Positions 43,000 through 52,539 of a DNA stretch of 64,000 nt are shown here, in pieces. The position numbers and the translations under genes were made by a program. The notes beneath the pieces are model-generated. The model did not search any database. It worked only from the letters and a program-made list of their open reading frames with translations, and was not told the DNA's origin. Source of the stretch: a virus; the IMG/VR virus record IMGVR_UViG_3300038312_000168, positions 5,365 to 69,364 of that record. One strand, written 5' to 3'. Position 1 is the stretch's first letter. Every line of letters starts with the position of its first letter.

Positions 43000-43872
43000 T
43001 TACACCAACATCTGTTTCAAGTAAAAGTCAATCTCACTCTGCATATAATTAAGCGATAAATTGTTGTTTAATCTACACGTAAACAATTCACTGTCTCTGT
43101 GTATCGTAAACATTCCTTCATCTCTCTCTACACGTTCCTTGCCTACACGTTTAATTCTGGTAGACAAATCAGCGTAGACACGAATGCACTTGATGTCATA
43201 CACTTCACCGAAGTTCTGCATGAGGTAAATCAATCCACGCTCATCAATTACATATGTGTTATAATCCAGCACATCCTTCTTCAAACAACAGTAACGATAC
43301 CCACCAAACTCTGTGTAGGCAATCATATCATCGCGTGAGAAGGTATCAAACTCTTCTTTGGTTACAAAAGTATGTCCTGTCTCACCTGGATAACGTATAG
43401 GACGATCCGTGTAGGACTCCATCATCTTGATACCATGCTCACGCTCAATATACTCTGCAATGGTTGTCTTACCACTTCCTGACTCGCCCACAATACAGAT
43501 AATAAGGGGTTTACGATTTACCTTACGCATTACATGGTAGCGAATATCATTCCAACAAATAACCCTGTGTGAGTATTCCTTATCATCAATATAAATATCT
43601 GCACCAATCTTTCTACAATCATTACCATATTCCTCAATGCGGTAACAAAGATTCTCATTGACATCATTGAACTTGATTTCATTATCAATGAGAAATTCAA
43701 CCATTTCACGTTCTTCTCTCCCTTGACGACATGAATTGATGATAATATCATGTCCCTCATCATATAGTTCATTGATTACCTCTTTAGCATTACGCTTCAG
43801 ATAACCAATGTCAGGATACTTGTTTGTTACAATAGTCCCGTCAAAATCTACTGCAATAACTAATTTCTTCAT
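43000..43872 (-). CDS. fusion of a HAD-type phosphatase with a guanylate-kinase-like (d)NMP kinase
   Basis: The N-terminal LVIAVDFDGTIV carries DxDxT; ...ADIYIDDKE follows. The C-terminal IVGESGSGKTTIAEY...ESYTDRPIRYPGETGHTFVTKEEFD gives a Gmk pattern. Confidence 0.65.
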   Translation of the reverse strand: MKKLVIAVDFDGTIVTNKYPDIGYLKRNAKEVINELYDEGHDIIINSCRQGREEREMVEFLIDNEIKFNDVNENLCYRIEEYGNDCRKIGADIYIDDKEYSHRVICWNDIRYHVMRKVNRKPLIICIVGESGSGKTTIAEYIEREHGIKMMESYTDRPIRYPGETGHTFVTKEEFDTFSRDDMIAYTEFGGYRYCCLKKDVLDYNTYVIDERGLIYLMQNFGEVYDIKCIRVYADLSTRIKRVGKERVERDEGMFTIHRDSELFTCRLNNNLSLNYMQSEIDFYLKQMLV

Positions 43873-44300
43873 TAAGTCACCACACATACAATAATAAATC
43901 CAATCATAAAACCAATAAGAATACAAACAATGTAAGAATAATTTTGATCTATTATATTACCAATAGTTCTTTCTTTGACTTGTTCATCAGTAATCAAAAC
44001 TTCTTCCTCTTCTTCTTCCATATTCTCCAATTCTTCAATGATCATATCCACATCAATGAATCGTGCTTCTGGTTGTGGATTTACTTCTGCCATTGATTTA
44101 AGTGTAAAGAGAGAACGTGTAACAACAACAGCAAGTTCTTCATCCTCAAATGATGCAATATTCACTGCACCATTGACAAATCCATTAACATCATACATTC
44201 CTGTTATGTCATTGTAATGACACTCAAATCCACAGAAATCGAGGAAATTGTAAGGAGTGTAACATTTACACTCCTCATTGTAAATATCCAGGCAAATCAA
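43872..44300 (-). CDS. hypothetical protein with a poly-Glu stretch and a C-terminal TM anchor
   Basis: TTG start 6 nt after GGTG. The C-terminus is YIVCILIGFMIGFIIVCVV. Confidence 0.45.
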   Translation of the reverse strand: MICLDIYNEECKCYTPYNFLDFCGFECHYNDITGMYDVNGFVNGAVNIASFEDEELAVVVTRSLFTLKSMAEVNPQPEARFIDVDMIIEELENMEEEEEEVLITDEQVKERTIGNIIDQNYSYIVCILIGFMIGFIIVCVVT

Positions 44301-45191
44301 TTAAACACCTTCAATCTGAATATCCCTGATTCTCTGTTGATAATACTGGAAAATGTTTCTAGGTGCACAACAATTATGTTTCTTACATTCTTCATTAATA
44401 TATTGCGCAACTAACGGCATTGCAACTTTAATATCAGTAAAGTCATTACCAATGTCTGTTCTTACCTTTTCTATTGCACCGTAAATTTCAGAATCAGGTA
44501 ATGTAGGTAACTGAATCTTACCTATTTCTTCCATTCTAGGTATCTTTTCCAGAGAAGGAAGATCCTGTTTCTCTTTGAAATAAACAATACCCCTCTTAGT
44601 TCCTGCACCTTCACCACAATTCCAGGGCAATTCAGCCCAAACTTTACCTACAACACCCTCCATGCTGTTTTCTTTCGCCTTTGTAATCATCTCATCTTTA
44701 AATTCATACAGAGATTCAATTGTAGAAACATTGCACGTTCCATACAATTCTACAACCGGAATATCAAAGTGATAACAGGTCTGATACACTTTGTTATAAT
44801 GAAGGAATCTGTTTTGTTTTGCGCTCCAAATATCAAACACTACAAAATCATAATCCTCATGCATCTCAATACGTGTAGGTGAACGTCCTTTCATTAACAT
44901 TTCACCAAAAACAACTAATTCATCACCATAATCACGCTCATTTAGAATCATGTCACGGATTGCATCAACATGGGATGTCTGATTGAATCCACTGTAAAAC
45001 ATATCAGAGGCATTTGCTAGATTCCTACTGCGTAAATGAATGTTATTTTCATCATTTAAACAGATTCCAAGGCAGGAACCATCTCTTTTTACTTGAAAAA
45101 AGATTTCCTGACCCAAAAGAATCTCAGGGTTAGGTTTCAGATTCGCAATCCTTTCAAGTTCTGGATACTTGATCTTGTCTATCTCAATCAT
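44301..45191 (-). CDS. ATP-dependent polynucleotide ligase (RNA-ligase-like or minimal DNA ligase)
   Basis: Motif I QVKRDGS, III VVFGEM, IIIa FVVFDIW, IV EGVVGK, V YFKEKQ. The C-terminus is helical and no obvious OB domain is present. Confidence 0.65.
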   Translation of the reverse strand: MIEIDKIKYPELERIANLKPNPEILLGQEIFFQVKRDGSCLGICLNDENNIHLRSRNLANASDMFYSGFNQTSHVDAIRDMILNERDYGDELVVFGEMLMKGRSPTRIEMHEDYDFVVFDIWSAKQNRFLHYNKVYQTCYHFDIPVVELYGTCNVSTIESLYEFKDEMITKAKENSMEGVVGKVWAELPWNCGEGAGTKRGIVYFKEKQDLPSLEKIPRMEEIGKIQLPTLPDSEIYGAIEKVRTDIGNDFTDIKVAMPLVAQYINEECKKHNCCAPRNIFQYYQQRIRDIQIEGV

Positions 45192-45287
45192 CCTTTCACC
45201 TGCATAATTAGTTTTCAGTTTGATTATTTATGTCTTATGTTTTGAACAGAAAAAAGAATAGTCGCTTTACACGATAACAATGTGCCT

Positions 45288-45425
45288 CTACAATCAAAAA
45301 ATCATACCGGAATCATATCGTTTTCGTATGTTTCCAGACCCTATCTTTCTTTGGACGGGTGTTTATACCTTTGAAAAAGATAGGTGTCAGAAATGCACGT
45401 TTTACTCAAAGAATTGAAGAGATTT
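45288..45425 (-). repeat. conserved noncoding element, copy 2 (partner at 34474..34611)
   Basis: The reverse complement shares the exact 27-nt core. My hand alignment gives 85/119 identical positions, followed by a shared TTTTGATT.TAG tail. It lies between the polB stop and the ligase start. Confidence 0.8.
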
Positions 45426-45434
45426 TATATTCCT

Positions 45435-47759
45435 CTACCAGAAACGTTCTATTCCGTCTAATTCGTGTATATTCCATCCCATGCTCAAGAATATGTAATT
45501 GAACTTCTCACGTATCAACTTCTCTTCCATGCGCGCATAATCTATAACGAATCCTTCAGGTATTGGTTGTTCATCGGTGAATGATATTGCATGTGTCTTA
45601 GGCAGTCCTGGTGGAACATCTTTAACATAGATATATTTCATCTTCTCCATTTTGATATTACCATTGCAGTATTTATTGAAATAAATTGCACCATGAATGT
45701 GAATAGGCATGTTGGAAGTATATTCGTGAAAATCCTTTGATACACCTTTTGGAATACCTATTTCATAAGGAGAATAAACACCTGCAATGATCTTGTCCCT
45801 TACTTCTTTCACTAATGGAAATATCTCTTCCTTACCCTTTCCGGTAAGAATCATCTTGAATACATTACTTTGTAACTCTCTGATTACGGTAGGTGTATCA
45901 CTACGCTTTGCCTCAAATCCTTTGATTTCAAGTTTGGGATGGTCGGATATATCAGCACCATCCTTGTAGACAATTAGACCGGCATAACGCTTCTTTACCG
46001 CATTGTCATATTCATCGCCTACAAAGAATACATTGCCATAAATCTTTTCAAATTCAATGAACATTTTGTTATAGGTTGAATCACCAAATTCTGATTCACA
46101 AAAGTAATCAAGTGAGTTATTAATGTAATCGATTATTTCAATGCCCTCATCAATTACGTCCTTAGCATCCTCCTTTTTCAATTTAAACAGAATAGCGTCG
46201 GTGTCCCCGCCCACAATCTCATGTTCTCTTTCCTTTACCTTTTCCTGCATCCACAAATTAGTTCTCCGTCCAAAGTAAGTAATAGATTTACCAATATCTC
46301 TTGTAAACAACCTGAAATGAGGAGCAAGCATCACTCCATACACTGAATTGAGTAGGAACTTACAAACAGTCTGAATAGTATCCCACATCTCGTAATCATG
46401 AGAACCAAGTTCAAATGTGTCACGCTTATTTTTAAACTTTTGTCGCAAGTTCCAAAGATCCTCAACAACACGCGGAATGAAACCGCGCTTGTCTAAACTA
46501 AAGTAAACATCATCAACGGTAACATAATTGTTACATTTTGTTACATCGGTAACAATCGTTTCTGGTGACATATTACACGTAAGAATCGCTGTAGGATACA
46601 AAGAGCGCACATCACCTACTGCTACATTCTGATGGACTCCTACGGTTGGTGTAATGACAATAGCACCTGTAATCTTTGTGTAATCCTTCTGCTTACGAGT
46701 AGTGGGTAAGACAATACCATACTCCTTCGCCTTGAGTAAAAAGAAACAATCAAGCACCTTACTGTTGTAGAATACATCATACCAACTGCAAAAGGTAAAG
46801 CGACGAATAGTATCAAAATATTTGACAATGCCCTTTGACTCTTCGATCTTTACCATGAGGTAGACATCTTTGATATTATACTCGATGAACTTGTCAAGAT
46901 TATTGCGCCAAAAGTCCTCAAACTTCTCTTGATGTTCAATTTTACCTGCACCCAATTCATAACGTGATATATAATCCAGGGAGTATGATTCCATTTCTTG
47001 TGTAGACAGTTTCTTGTAGCACACCATTAAATCTAACCAAATCCTACAGCGCGGTTTGTCTACAATGTCACCATAACCCTTACCCATCTGTTTAATGGGA
47101 GACAACAAACGTGGATTAATCTTCAACGCTTTCATACGATTAAATAGGTAAGGATAATCAAATCTATCACCATTCCAGGCAAGGAATAAATCAAAATCAA
47201 GTTGTTGCACCAATGCAAGGAATTTATTAAGCATTTCCTTTTCGGTAACAAACATAAAAACACGCGCTTCAACTTCATTACCATCGAATTGAATCTTACG
47301 AGTGTATTTGTCCTTACTGACTACTCCATCAGGTGCAACCGTAAAACAATAATAGAGATTACGGAAGTTGTCATAGGCAGCAATGGAAGTAATCATAGTG
47401 TCTGCCTTCGAGATATTGGGTATTCCATCCGTCTCAATATCAAAAAAACATACCCTAATCACCTCACTTTCAATACCTTTCTGGTAGTAATTATCAATCA
47501 GGTATCTAATAGTAGGGGGCACATCACCTTCATACGTAAATTCATGCAGTTTTCTCGATGATTTGAAGTCCTTTTGATTAACGCATGTAATACGCTGTAA
47601 TGTCTCTCCAAACAGAGAGTAGTAGGTTTCTCCTACAATGTTCTGTCGAGGCACATAAAAATAGGGTTGAAAGCGATTGATACGTTGCTCATAACGCTCA
47701 CCGTGTTCATCTCGACCACGAATGATAATAGAATCCCCTATTGACTCGGTTATAATCAT
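45435..47759 (-). CDS. polB: family B DNA polymerase
   Basis: ExoI FFDIETD, ExoII WNGDRFDYPYL, ExoIII YNIKDVYL, PolA DVRSLYPT, PolB KFLLNSVYG, PolC GGDTDAI. Confidence 0.9.
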   Translation of the reverse strand: MIITESIGDSIIIRGRDEHGERYEQRINRFQPYFYVPRQNIVGETYYSLFGETLQRITCVNQKDFKSSRKLHEFTYEGDVPPTIRYLIDNYYQKGIESEVIRVCFFDIETDGIPNISKADTMITSIAAYDNFRNLYYCFTVAPDGVVSKDKYTRKIQFDGNEVEARVFMFVTEKEMLNKFLALVQQLDFDLFLAWNGDRFDYPYLFNRMKALKINPRLLSPIKQMGKGYGDIVDKPRCRIWLDLMVCYKKLSTQEMESYSLDYISRYELGAGKIEHQEKFEDFWRNNLDKFIEYNIKDVYLMVKIEESKGIVKYFDTIRRFTFCSWYDVFYNSKVLDCFFLLKAKEYGIVLPTTRKQKDYTKITGAIVITPTVGVHQNVAVGDVRSLYPTAILTCNMSPETIVTDVTKCNNYVTVDDVYFSLDKRGFIPRVVEDLWNLRQKFKNKRDTFELGSHDYEMWDTIQTVCKFLLNSVYGVMLAPHFRLFTRDIGKSITYFGRRTNLWMQEKVKEREHEIVGGDTDAILFKLKKEDAKDVIDEGIEIIDYINNSLDYFCESEFGDSTYNKMFIEFEKIYGNVFFVGDEYDNAVKKRYAGLIVYKDGADISDHPKLEIKGFEAKRSDTPTVIRELQSNVFKMILTGKGKEEIFPLVKEVRDKIIAGVYSPYEIGIPKGVSKDFHEYTSNMPIHIHGAIYFNKYCNGNIKMEKMKYIYVKDVPPGLPKTHAISFTDEQPIPEGFVIDYARMEEKLIREKFNYIFLSMGWNIHELDGIERFW

Positions 47760-47811
47760 GTGTAATGATTATAGTTTGAAGGGTTATAAACTTACTGAAA
47801 TGAAAAAAGAG

Positions 47812-48318
47812 TTAAAAGAAGTAATCAAGTGAATTGCATTGATGTGACTTCTTCGATTGTTCAATGCGCGTTTTATCGGGCATTACGAGTGCAACCTTCT
47901 GTTTCTTAAACATCTTTTCATCCGCTTGCATTTCTGCAAGGAATGTTTTCATGTTATCTTTGTCACTGATATACATCTTAATAAGAGGTGAATACTCATC
48001 AAACTCTCTTTTACTCATATCAAGCGCACTTGATGTTTTCTCGTAATAATTATCGAGCAGTGTATCCAACTTGTCTTTCTTCACCTTATCCTTACGAATC
48101 CAGATAGGCATACAATACATCTGTTGTGCGTGTAGGAGAAGTAATCCACGAAAGATTGATGGGTTGATCTTGAATAAATATTGATTAAGTTTATCCGCTT
48201 CCTCCAGATACATTACATCCTGTGAAAAGATACGGAGAAGCATATATTCCTTTCCTACAAGATGTGAAGGGTAGATTTGCTCCTTACTGATGATACGCTT
48301 CATTAAATTGAACGGCAT
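47812..48318 (-). CDS. hypothetical protein with a PIP-box-like C-terminus
   Basis: Strong SD (GGAGTG). Ends ...QCNSLDYFF. Lies directly upstream of polB. Confidence 0.45.
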   Translation of the reverse strand: MPFNLMKRIISKEQIYPSHLVGKEYMLLRIFSQDVMYLEEADKLNQYLFKINPSIFRGLLLLHAQQMYCMPIWIRKDKVKKDKLDTLLDNYYEKTSSALDMSKREFDEYSPLIKMYISDKDNMKTFLAEMQADEKMFKKQKVALVMPDKTRIEQSKKSHQCNSLDYFF

Positions 48319-48791
48319 TTAATACACTCCTTACTCGTTAATCCATTACGTATACGTTCACCAAACACTACAATGCAGGATGGAAATGGTGCTGCCATAG
48401 GTTTACGATGAGTAGGATTAGTAAATTTAACTCTACCACTGATAAATCTAATCTCATCGGCAAGCATGATATATTTATGCCAATAAGAAGTATCAGTCCG
48501 GGCAGGAATGAGACAAACAACAGTAGCACCACATAATGCCTCATTGTATGCCTTCTCTACCCATCGTGGTATTTCCTTACCGTAAGGAGGATTCATAAAG
48601 ACTATATCTTTACTCCAATCTTTGTATAATCCATTTTCCTCAATAGAGTAATACTTGTAACACTTTGCATTTTGTGATGTTGCACACGGATCAAGCGTAA
48701 AATTAAATTCGTCGTTCAATGCATCGAATAAATCACGCGGGGTTTCCCATTCCATATCCTTTGAGGAATAATGCACATCCATCTTACTCAT
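48303..48791 (-). CDS. phage-type N6-adenine DNA methyltransferase
   Basis: Contains FTLDPCAT and the catalytic FMNPPYG (NPPY) motif. Confidence 0.75.
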   Translation of the reverse strand: MSKMDVHYSSKDMEWETPRDLFDALNDEFNFTLDPCATSQNAKCYKYYSIEENGLYKDWSKDIVFMNPPYGKEIPRWVEKAYNEALCGATVVCLIPARTDTSYWHKYIMLADEIRFISGRVKFTNPTHRKPMAAPFPSCIVVFGERIRNGLTSKECIKCRSI

Positions 48792-49074
48792 AGTCTACAC
48801 CGCACGTTTTAGTGACAAATTCAAGGTTCTCTACCGTTTCAACAATCTCTGTATGATGCTTTAAATCGTAACCATAATTTTCAAGAAAACCTGATGCAGA
48901 ACGGATAATACGTTGTTCACGTTCTGTTTCATTGTAATCAAAGACTGCAATGAGTTTACCATTCTCATCTTTGTAGACACCATTGAAATTGTCAATGAGG
49001 AGTAAGCGTAAGGTAGAGAAACATGCATCGAGAGGGAACTTGTGAAAGTCAGAATAATTAAAAAGAAGTTTCAT
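48784..49074 (-). CDS. hypothetical protein
   Basis: ATG at 49074 preceded by GGTGAT. Confidence 0.5.
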   Translation of the reverse strand: MKLLFNYSDFHKFPLDACFSTLRLLLIDNFNGVYKDENGKLIAVFDYNETEREQRIIRSASGFLENYGYDLKHHTEIVETVENLEFVTKTCGVDYE

Positions 49075-49079
49075 GAGTA

Positions 49080-50027
49080 TCACCAGAATGTATCCTTACC
49101 ATAATCTACTTTGATATAATCAAGTATTTCGCCAAGACCAAGTTGATTAATACAGAATTTCCATTGTGACGGATGAGTTCTCTTCATACGCTGGAATCTG
49201 TTTTCACCCTTAGTCATATGAACCCCAAACATACAGAACATACAACCCGTTCTCTGTTCTCCTGTGCAGATTAATTCACCATTCTTTTCAATAATATCAC
49301 CATAAATCTTACTATATGGAATATTATTATCTTTCAGATAATGTAACACATCTTGTTCTAACCAGAATCCCATTGGTGTTGATTTTGGTGATTTAAGATC
49401 ATATCCATTACAACCCTGTCTTAAATATGTCTGCATCCTCATTCTACTTTCAGCAGCAATTTCACCTGTAAGTGGCACTCGTCCTGTTTCTTTAACATAT
49501 TTCTTCATTGGCCCCTTCTTCATAACATCACAACATTTATCAGATATTTTAAATGGTGCTTCAACTAGGTATCTCCATTTCTTAGAAAGAACCATTGAAG
49601 GACAATATTCACCCTTTTGATTCATACCTGTTAAACGTAAGTTTCTTGATGCTACATTTTTTTCAGTTGGATTCTGTAAATCATTAATATAACGTGAAAT
49701 ACGCTTACTAATTACTGGATACCCATAAGTTTCAATAACTTTCTTAAAATTCATTTCGGGCTTGAGCCATACAACATTATCAATAGACTTAACAAAATCT
49801 CTGATCTCTGGATATTCTAATCCAGTATCAACAAATACAGCAGGCACATTAGGATATTGACTTCTTACAATGTCTAAAAGAACGGTGGAATCTTTACCAC
49901 CACTGAATGCAACATAAACATCACCATAATAGTGATTATACCATTCCCTAATTCTTATTTCTGTTTTTCTAATTTTAAGTTCTAAGGGTAATGATTGCAT
50001 CTGTTGTAATTCATACATCTCTAGCAT
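49080..50027 (-). CDS. PP-loop ATP pyrophosphatase of the PAPS-reductase/DndC-like family with a C-terminal Cys cluster
   Basis: VAFSGGKDSTVLLDIV carries the SGGKDS motif. C-terminal CTGEQRTGCMFCMFG. Confidence 0.65.
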   Translation of the reverse strand: MLEMYELQQMQSLPLELKIRKTEIRIREWYNHYYGDVYVAFSGGKDSTVLLDIVRSQYPNVPAVFVDTGLEYPEIRDFVKSIDNVVWLKPEMNFKKVIETYGYPVISKRISRYINDLQNPTEKNVASRNLRLTGMNQKGEYCPSMVLSKKWRYLVEAPFKISDKCCDVMKKGPMKKYVKETGRVPLTGEIAAESRMRMQTYLRQGCNGYDLKSPKSTPMGFWLEQDVLHYLKDNNIPYSKIYGDIIEKNGELICTGEQRTGCMFCMFGVHMTKGENRFQRMKRTHPSQWKFCINQLGLGEILDYIKVDYGKDTFW

Positions 50028-50581
50028 TATAACACCTTAGTCAAATGATACCGTGAAAGTGTTGCACCTGTCTGATGCTTGTATTTGGAAGTAGATTTCT
50101 CATTATATCCTACCCTACACGTTTCACCCTCAAAAAATACTAACTGTGCAATCGGCATACCATTGTAAAGACGAATAGGACGATTATTTACATTGAAGAG
50201 TTCAAACGTAAGAGTTCCACCGAAACCTGCATCAATCCAACCTCCAGTCTGATGAATGGTAAGACCCAGGCGAGCAAGAGATGATTTCCCTTCACATGCT
50301 GCTGCAATGTTTTTAGGTAAGGTAATAGTCTCTTGTGAAACAGCAAGCACAAACATTCCAGGTTGAATTGTAAAGGTATCTGCTTCAACTACTTCATGTC
50401 CGTAGAGAATTGTGTTGCGGTCATACGGATCAATCATCTGCCCGTTGTTAATGTAATATTTAAACTGATTTGAGAGGTGTAAGTCATATGAATTGGGGTT
50501 TATACTCTCTTCATTGAAAGGGGTAATAATCAGGTTTCCATAGTCAATACACTGTTTAATCTGATAGTCTACCAGAATCAT
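50027..50581 (-). CDS. dcd: dCTP deaminase (possibly a bifunctional dCTP deaminase/dUTPase)
   Basis: SSLARLGLTIHQTGGWIDAGFGGTLTFELFN shows the Dcd/dUTPase-fold signature. Confidence 0.75.
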   Translation of the reverse strand: MILVDYQIKQCIDYGNLIITPFNEESINPNSYDLHLSNQFKYYINNGQMIDPYDRNTILYGHEVVEADTFTIQPGMFVLAVSQETITLPKNIAAACEGKSSLARLGLTIHQTGGWIDAGFGGTLTFELFNVNNRPIRLYNGMPIAQLVFFEGETCRVGYNEKSTSKYKHQTGATLSRYHLTKVL

Positions 50582-50820
50582 TCTTTATCACTCTTATCGA
50601 TGTTGTATTTGTTGAACTGACTGTAAGAATACAAAGGACACTGTAACTGCTCACACTCTACTCTACCATCTTCACAATATCCCTGACAATCGTAGCAATA
50701 AGCACTTATCGCTTCCTTGCGTGTGATATGTTTACCTTCAAGAAAATTAATAAGATTGGTTTTACCACTATAACTCTTACCATGTTTCTTGATGAGTTTA
50801 ATGGTTGATTTGTTATCCAT
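50578..50820 (-). CDS. conserved phage-type Cys-rich protein
   Basis: AYCYDCQGYCEDGRVECEQLQCPLYSY matches the C..C.G...C....CPLY pattern I recall from many prophages. Confidence 0.5.
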   Translation of the reverse strand: MDNKSTIKLIKKHGKSYSGKTNLINFLEGKHITRKEAISAYCYDCQGYCEDGRVECEQLQCPLYSYSQFNKYNIDKSDKE

Positions 50821-51746
50821 TACGCACCTCTCTTACCAAGAATACGCATGAGTTTGAAGGCCATGTTTGCAAAGGTAATCTCAGCATTAGCACCGTATAC
50901 CATTCTGTAATCTGATTCTGCAATGATCTCAATGGCAGTAATCTTATCAGAGGCAGACAGTGTAGTATCATTCCACACTTTCAGGTAGATTTGGAATGTA
51001 ATGCTCCGGTAATCAACCGTGTTACTATTCCACAGTTTACGTGCTTCGGTGATTTTCCTACCCTTAATTAACGTGTAAAGTTCATCTGCAACATTGATAT
51101 TCTTCTTAGTGTCTAATTCACCAAGATTCTTGTAAATATCAAGTGCCTTTACCATTGAACGAATATCAGGGTAATTAACATCGATGATCTCATTTAGACT
51201 TATATCGTCAATGGTAATGTTCTCTTCGGTGCAGATGTGTCTTAATCGTGTAAGAATCTCATTACGTGCAGGTTTACCAAAAGATACAACCTTACACCTG
51301 GAACGGAGTGGTTCAATAATCTTACTAATTACATTACACGTAAGGATGAATCGACAGCGAGAAGAATACTCCTCCATAATGTTACGAAGAATATTCTGTG
51401 CATCAGGTGTAAGTCCATCTGCTTCATCTAAATGCACAATCTTAGGCACATCAGACTTGAATGATACAGTAGATGCAAATGCTTTTACCTTTTCACGCAC
51501 CGTATCAATACCACGCTCATCAGACGCATTAAGATAAAGTCTATCAGCATCAAGTTCATTGATGATAATTTTAGCAAGTGTGGTCTTACCTGTTCCTGCA
51601 CTTGACTCGAAAATCAGATTGGGAAGGGAAAAAGGATTCTCCCTTACAACTTTGCGTAGTCCAGTAATTACAGTGGTATCATTACCAATGTAATCCTCAA
51701 ACGTTTGTGGGCGATATTTCTCCACAAAAAGTTTGTTGGTAATCAT
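50820..51746 (-). CDS. replication factor C small-subunit-like clamp loader
   Basis: Walker A SAGTGKTTLAKI, Walker B VHLDEADGLT and the SRC motif LRSRCKVVSF. Confidence 0.8.
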   Translation of the reverse strand: MITNKLFVEKYRPQTFEDYIGNDTTVITGLRKVVRENPFSLPNLIFESSAGTGKTTLAKIIINELDADRLYLNASDERGIDTVREKVKAFASTVSFKSDVPKIVHLDEADGLTPDAQNILRNIMEEYSSRCRFILTCNVISKIIEPLRSRCKVVSFGKPARNEILTRLRHICTEENITIDDISLNEIIDVNYPDIRSMVKALDIYKNLGELDTKKNINVADELYTLIKGRKITEARKLWNSNTVDYRSITFQIYLKVWNDTTLSASDKITAIEIIAESDYRMVYGANAEITFANMAFKLMRILGKRGA

Positions 51747-51751
51747 TTACA

Positions 51752-52534
51752 TCACCACGTAACTTTGTGAGGAATAAGTAAACCAGAGACATCAATTTCC
51801 GTGTTCTTACCCGTAATGTAATCAAACGTAACAGGGTAGAGAACATCATTACCATACTGATCCTTTGTCTGTTCAGTGACAAATCCCATCGTAATATCTA
51901 ACTGTGCCTCTGCAAACGAATCTTCAAGGGCATTGATATCAAATTCAACAGTAAACTCCTCACCATACTTGTTATCAATATCCGCATGAACTTCGAGTTT
52001 AGAACGCTTATCAGTGCTTAGATTGATATATTCTCCCTCTACAGGAATAGTAAATCGCACAATGGTTTCATTAAGATTCTTTGCAACCTTGATAAACTTC
52101 TGGATATCGTCTGCATCAAACGCAATAACAATCTCACGCGGAGGAATAGATGATTTAATGTTCTCGATACTCTTACCCGGAATACTCCGTGAAGCATACT
52201 CGTAATCAATCTGTGGAACATTAACCGTCAGTTTATCGTCAGATAGAACAATCAAATCGTCAGTTGTAACAACACCAACATACTCTTCATCGAAGTTTGC
52301 AAGATACCGCTTCCTGAAGTCAAGTTCATTGATGCACATCTCAACAGACTCGTCAACATCATATTCAACCTGCTTACCATTTGCAATAAAGGCAGTAATC
52401 ATTACTCGCTTCTCAGTGTTGGTTACACTCGCAATGATATTTTCATTGGGCTTACGTGTAATAACCATATCACCATTCATCGCAATTCCAAGCACATTAA
52501 TAAAATTCTTCAGGGTATTAACAGAAACATGCAT
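51752..52534 (-). CDS. PCNA-like sliding clamp
   Basis: 260 aa immediately downstream of RFC. The size and alternating pattern fit a clamp; strong SD (GGAGTGAT). Sequence similarity was judged only loosely. Confidence 0.5.
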   Translation of the reverse strand: MHVSVNTLKNFINVLGIAMNGDMVITRKPNENIIASVTNTEKRVMITAFIANGKQVEYDVDESVEMCINELDFRKRYLANFDEEYVGVVTTDDLIVLSDDKLTVNVPQIDYEYASRSIPGKSIENIKSSIPPREIVIAFDADDIQKFIKVAKNLNETIVRFTIPVEGEYINLSTDKRSKLEVHADIDNKYGEEFTVEFDINALEDSFAEAQLDITMGFVTEQTKDQYGNDVLYPVTFDYITGKNTEIDVSGLLIPHKVTW

Positions 52535-52539
52535 TATAA

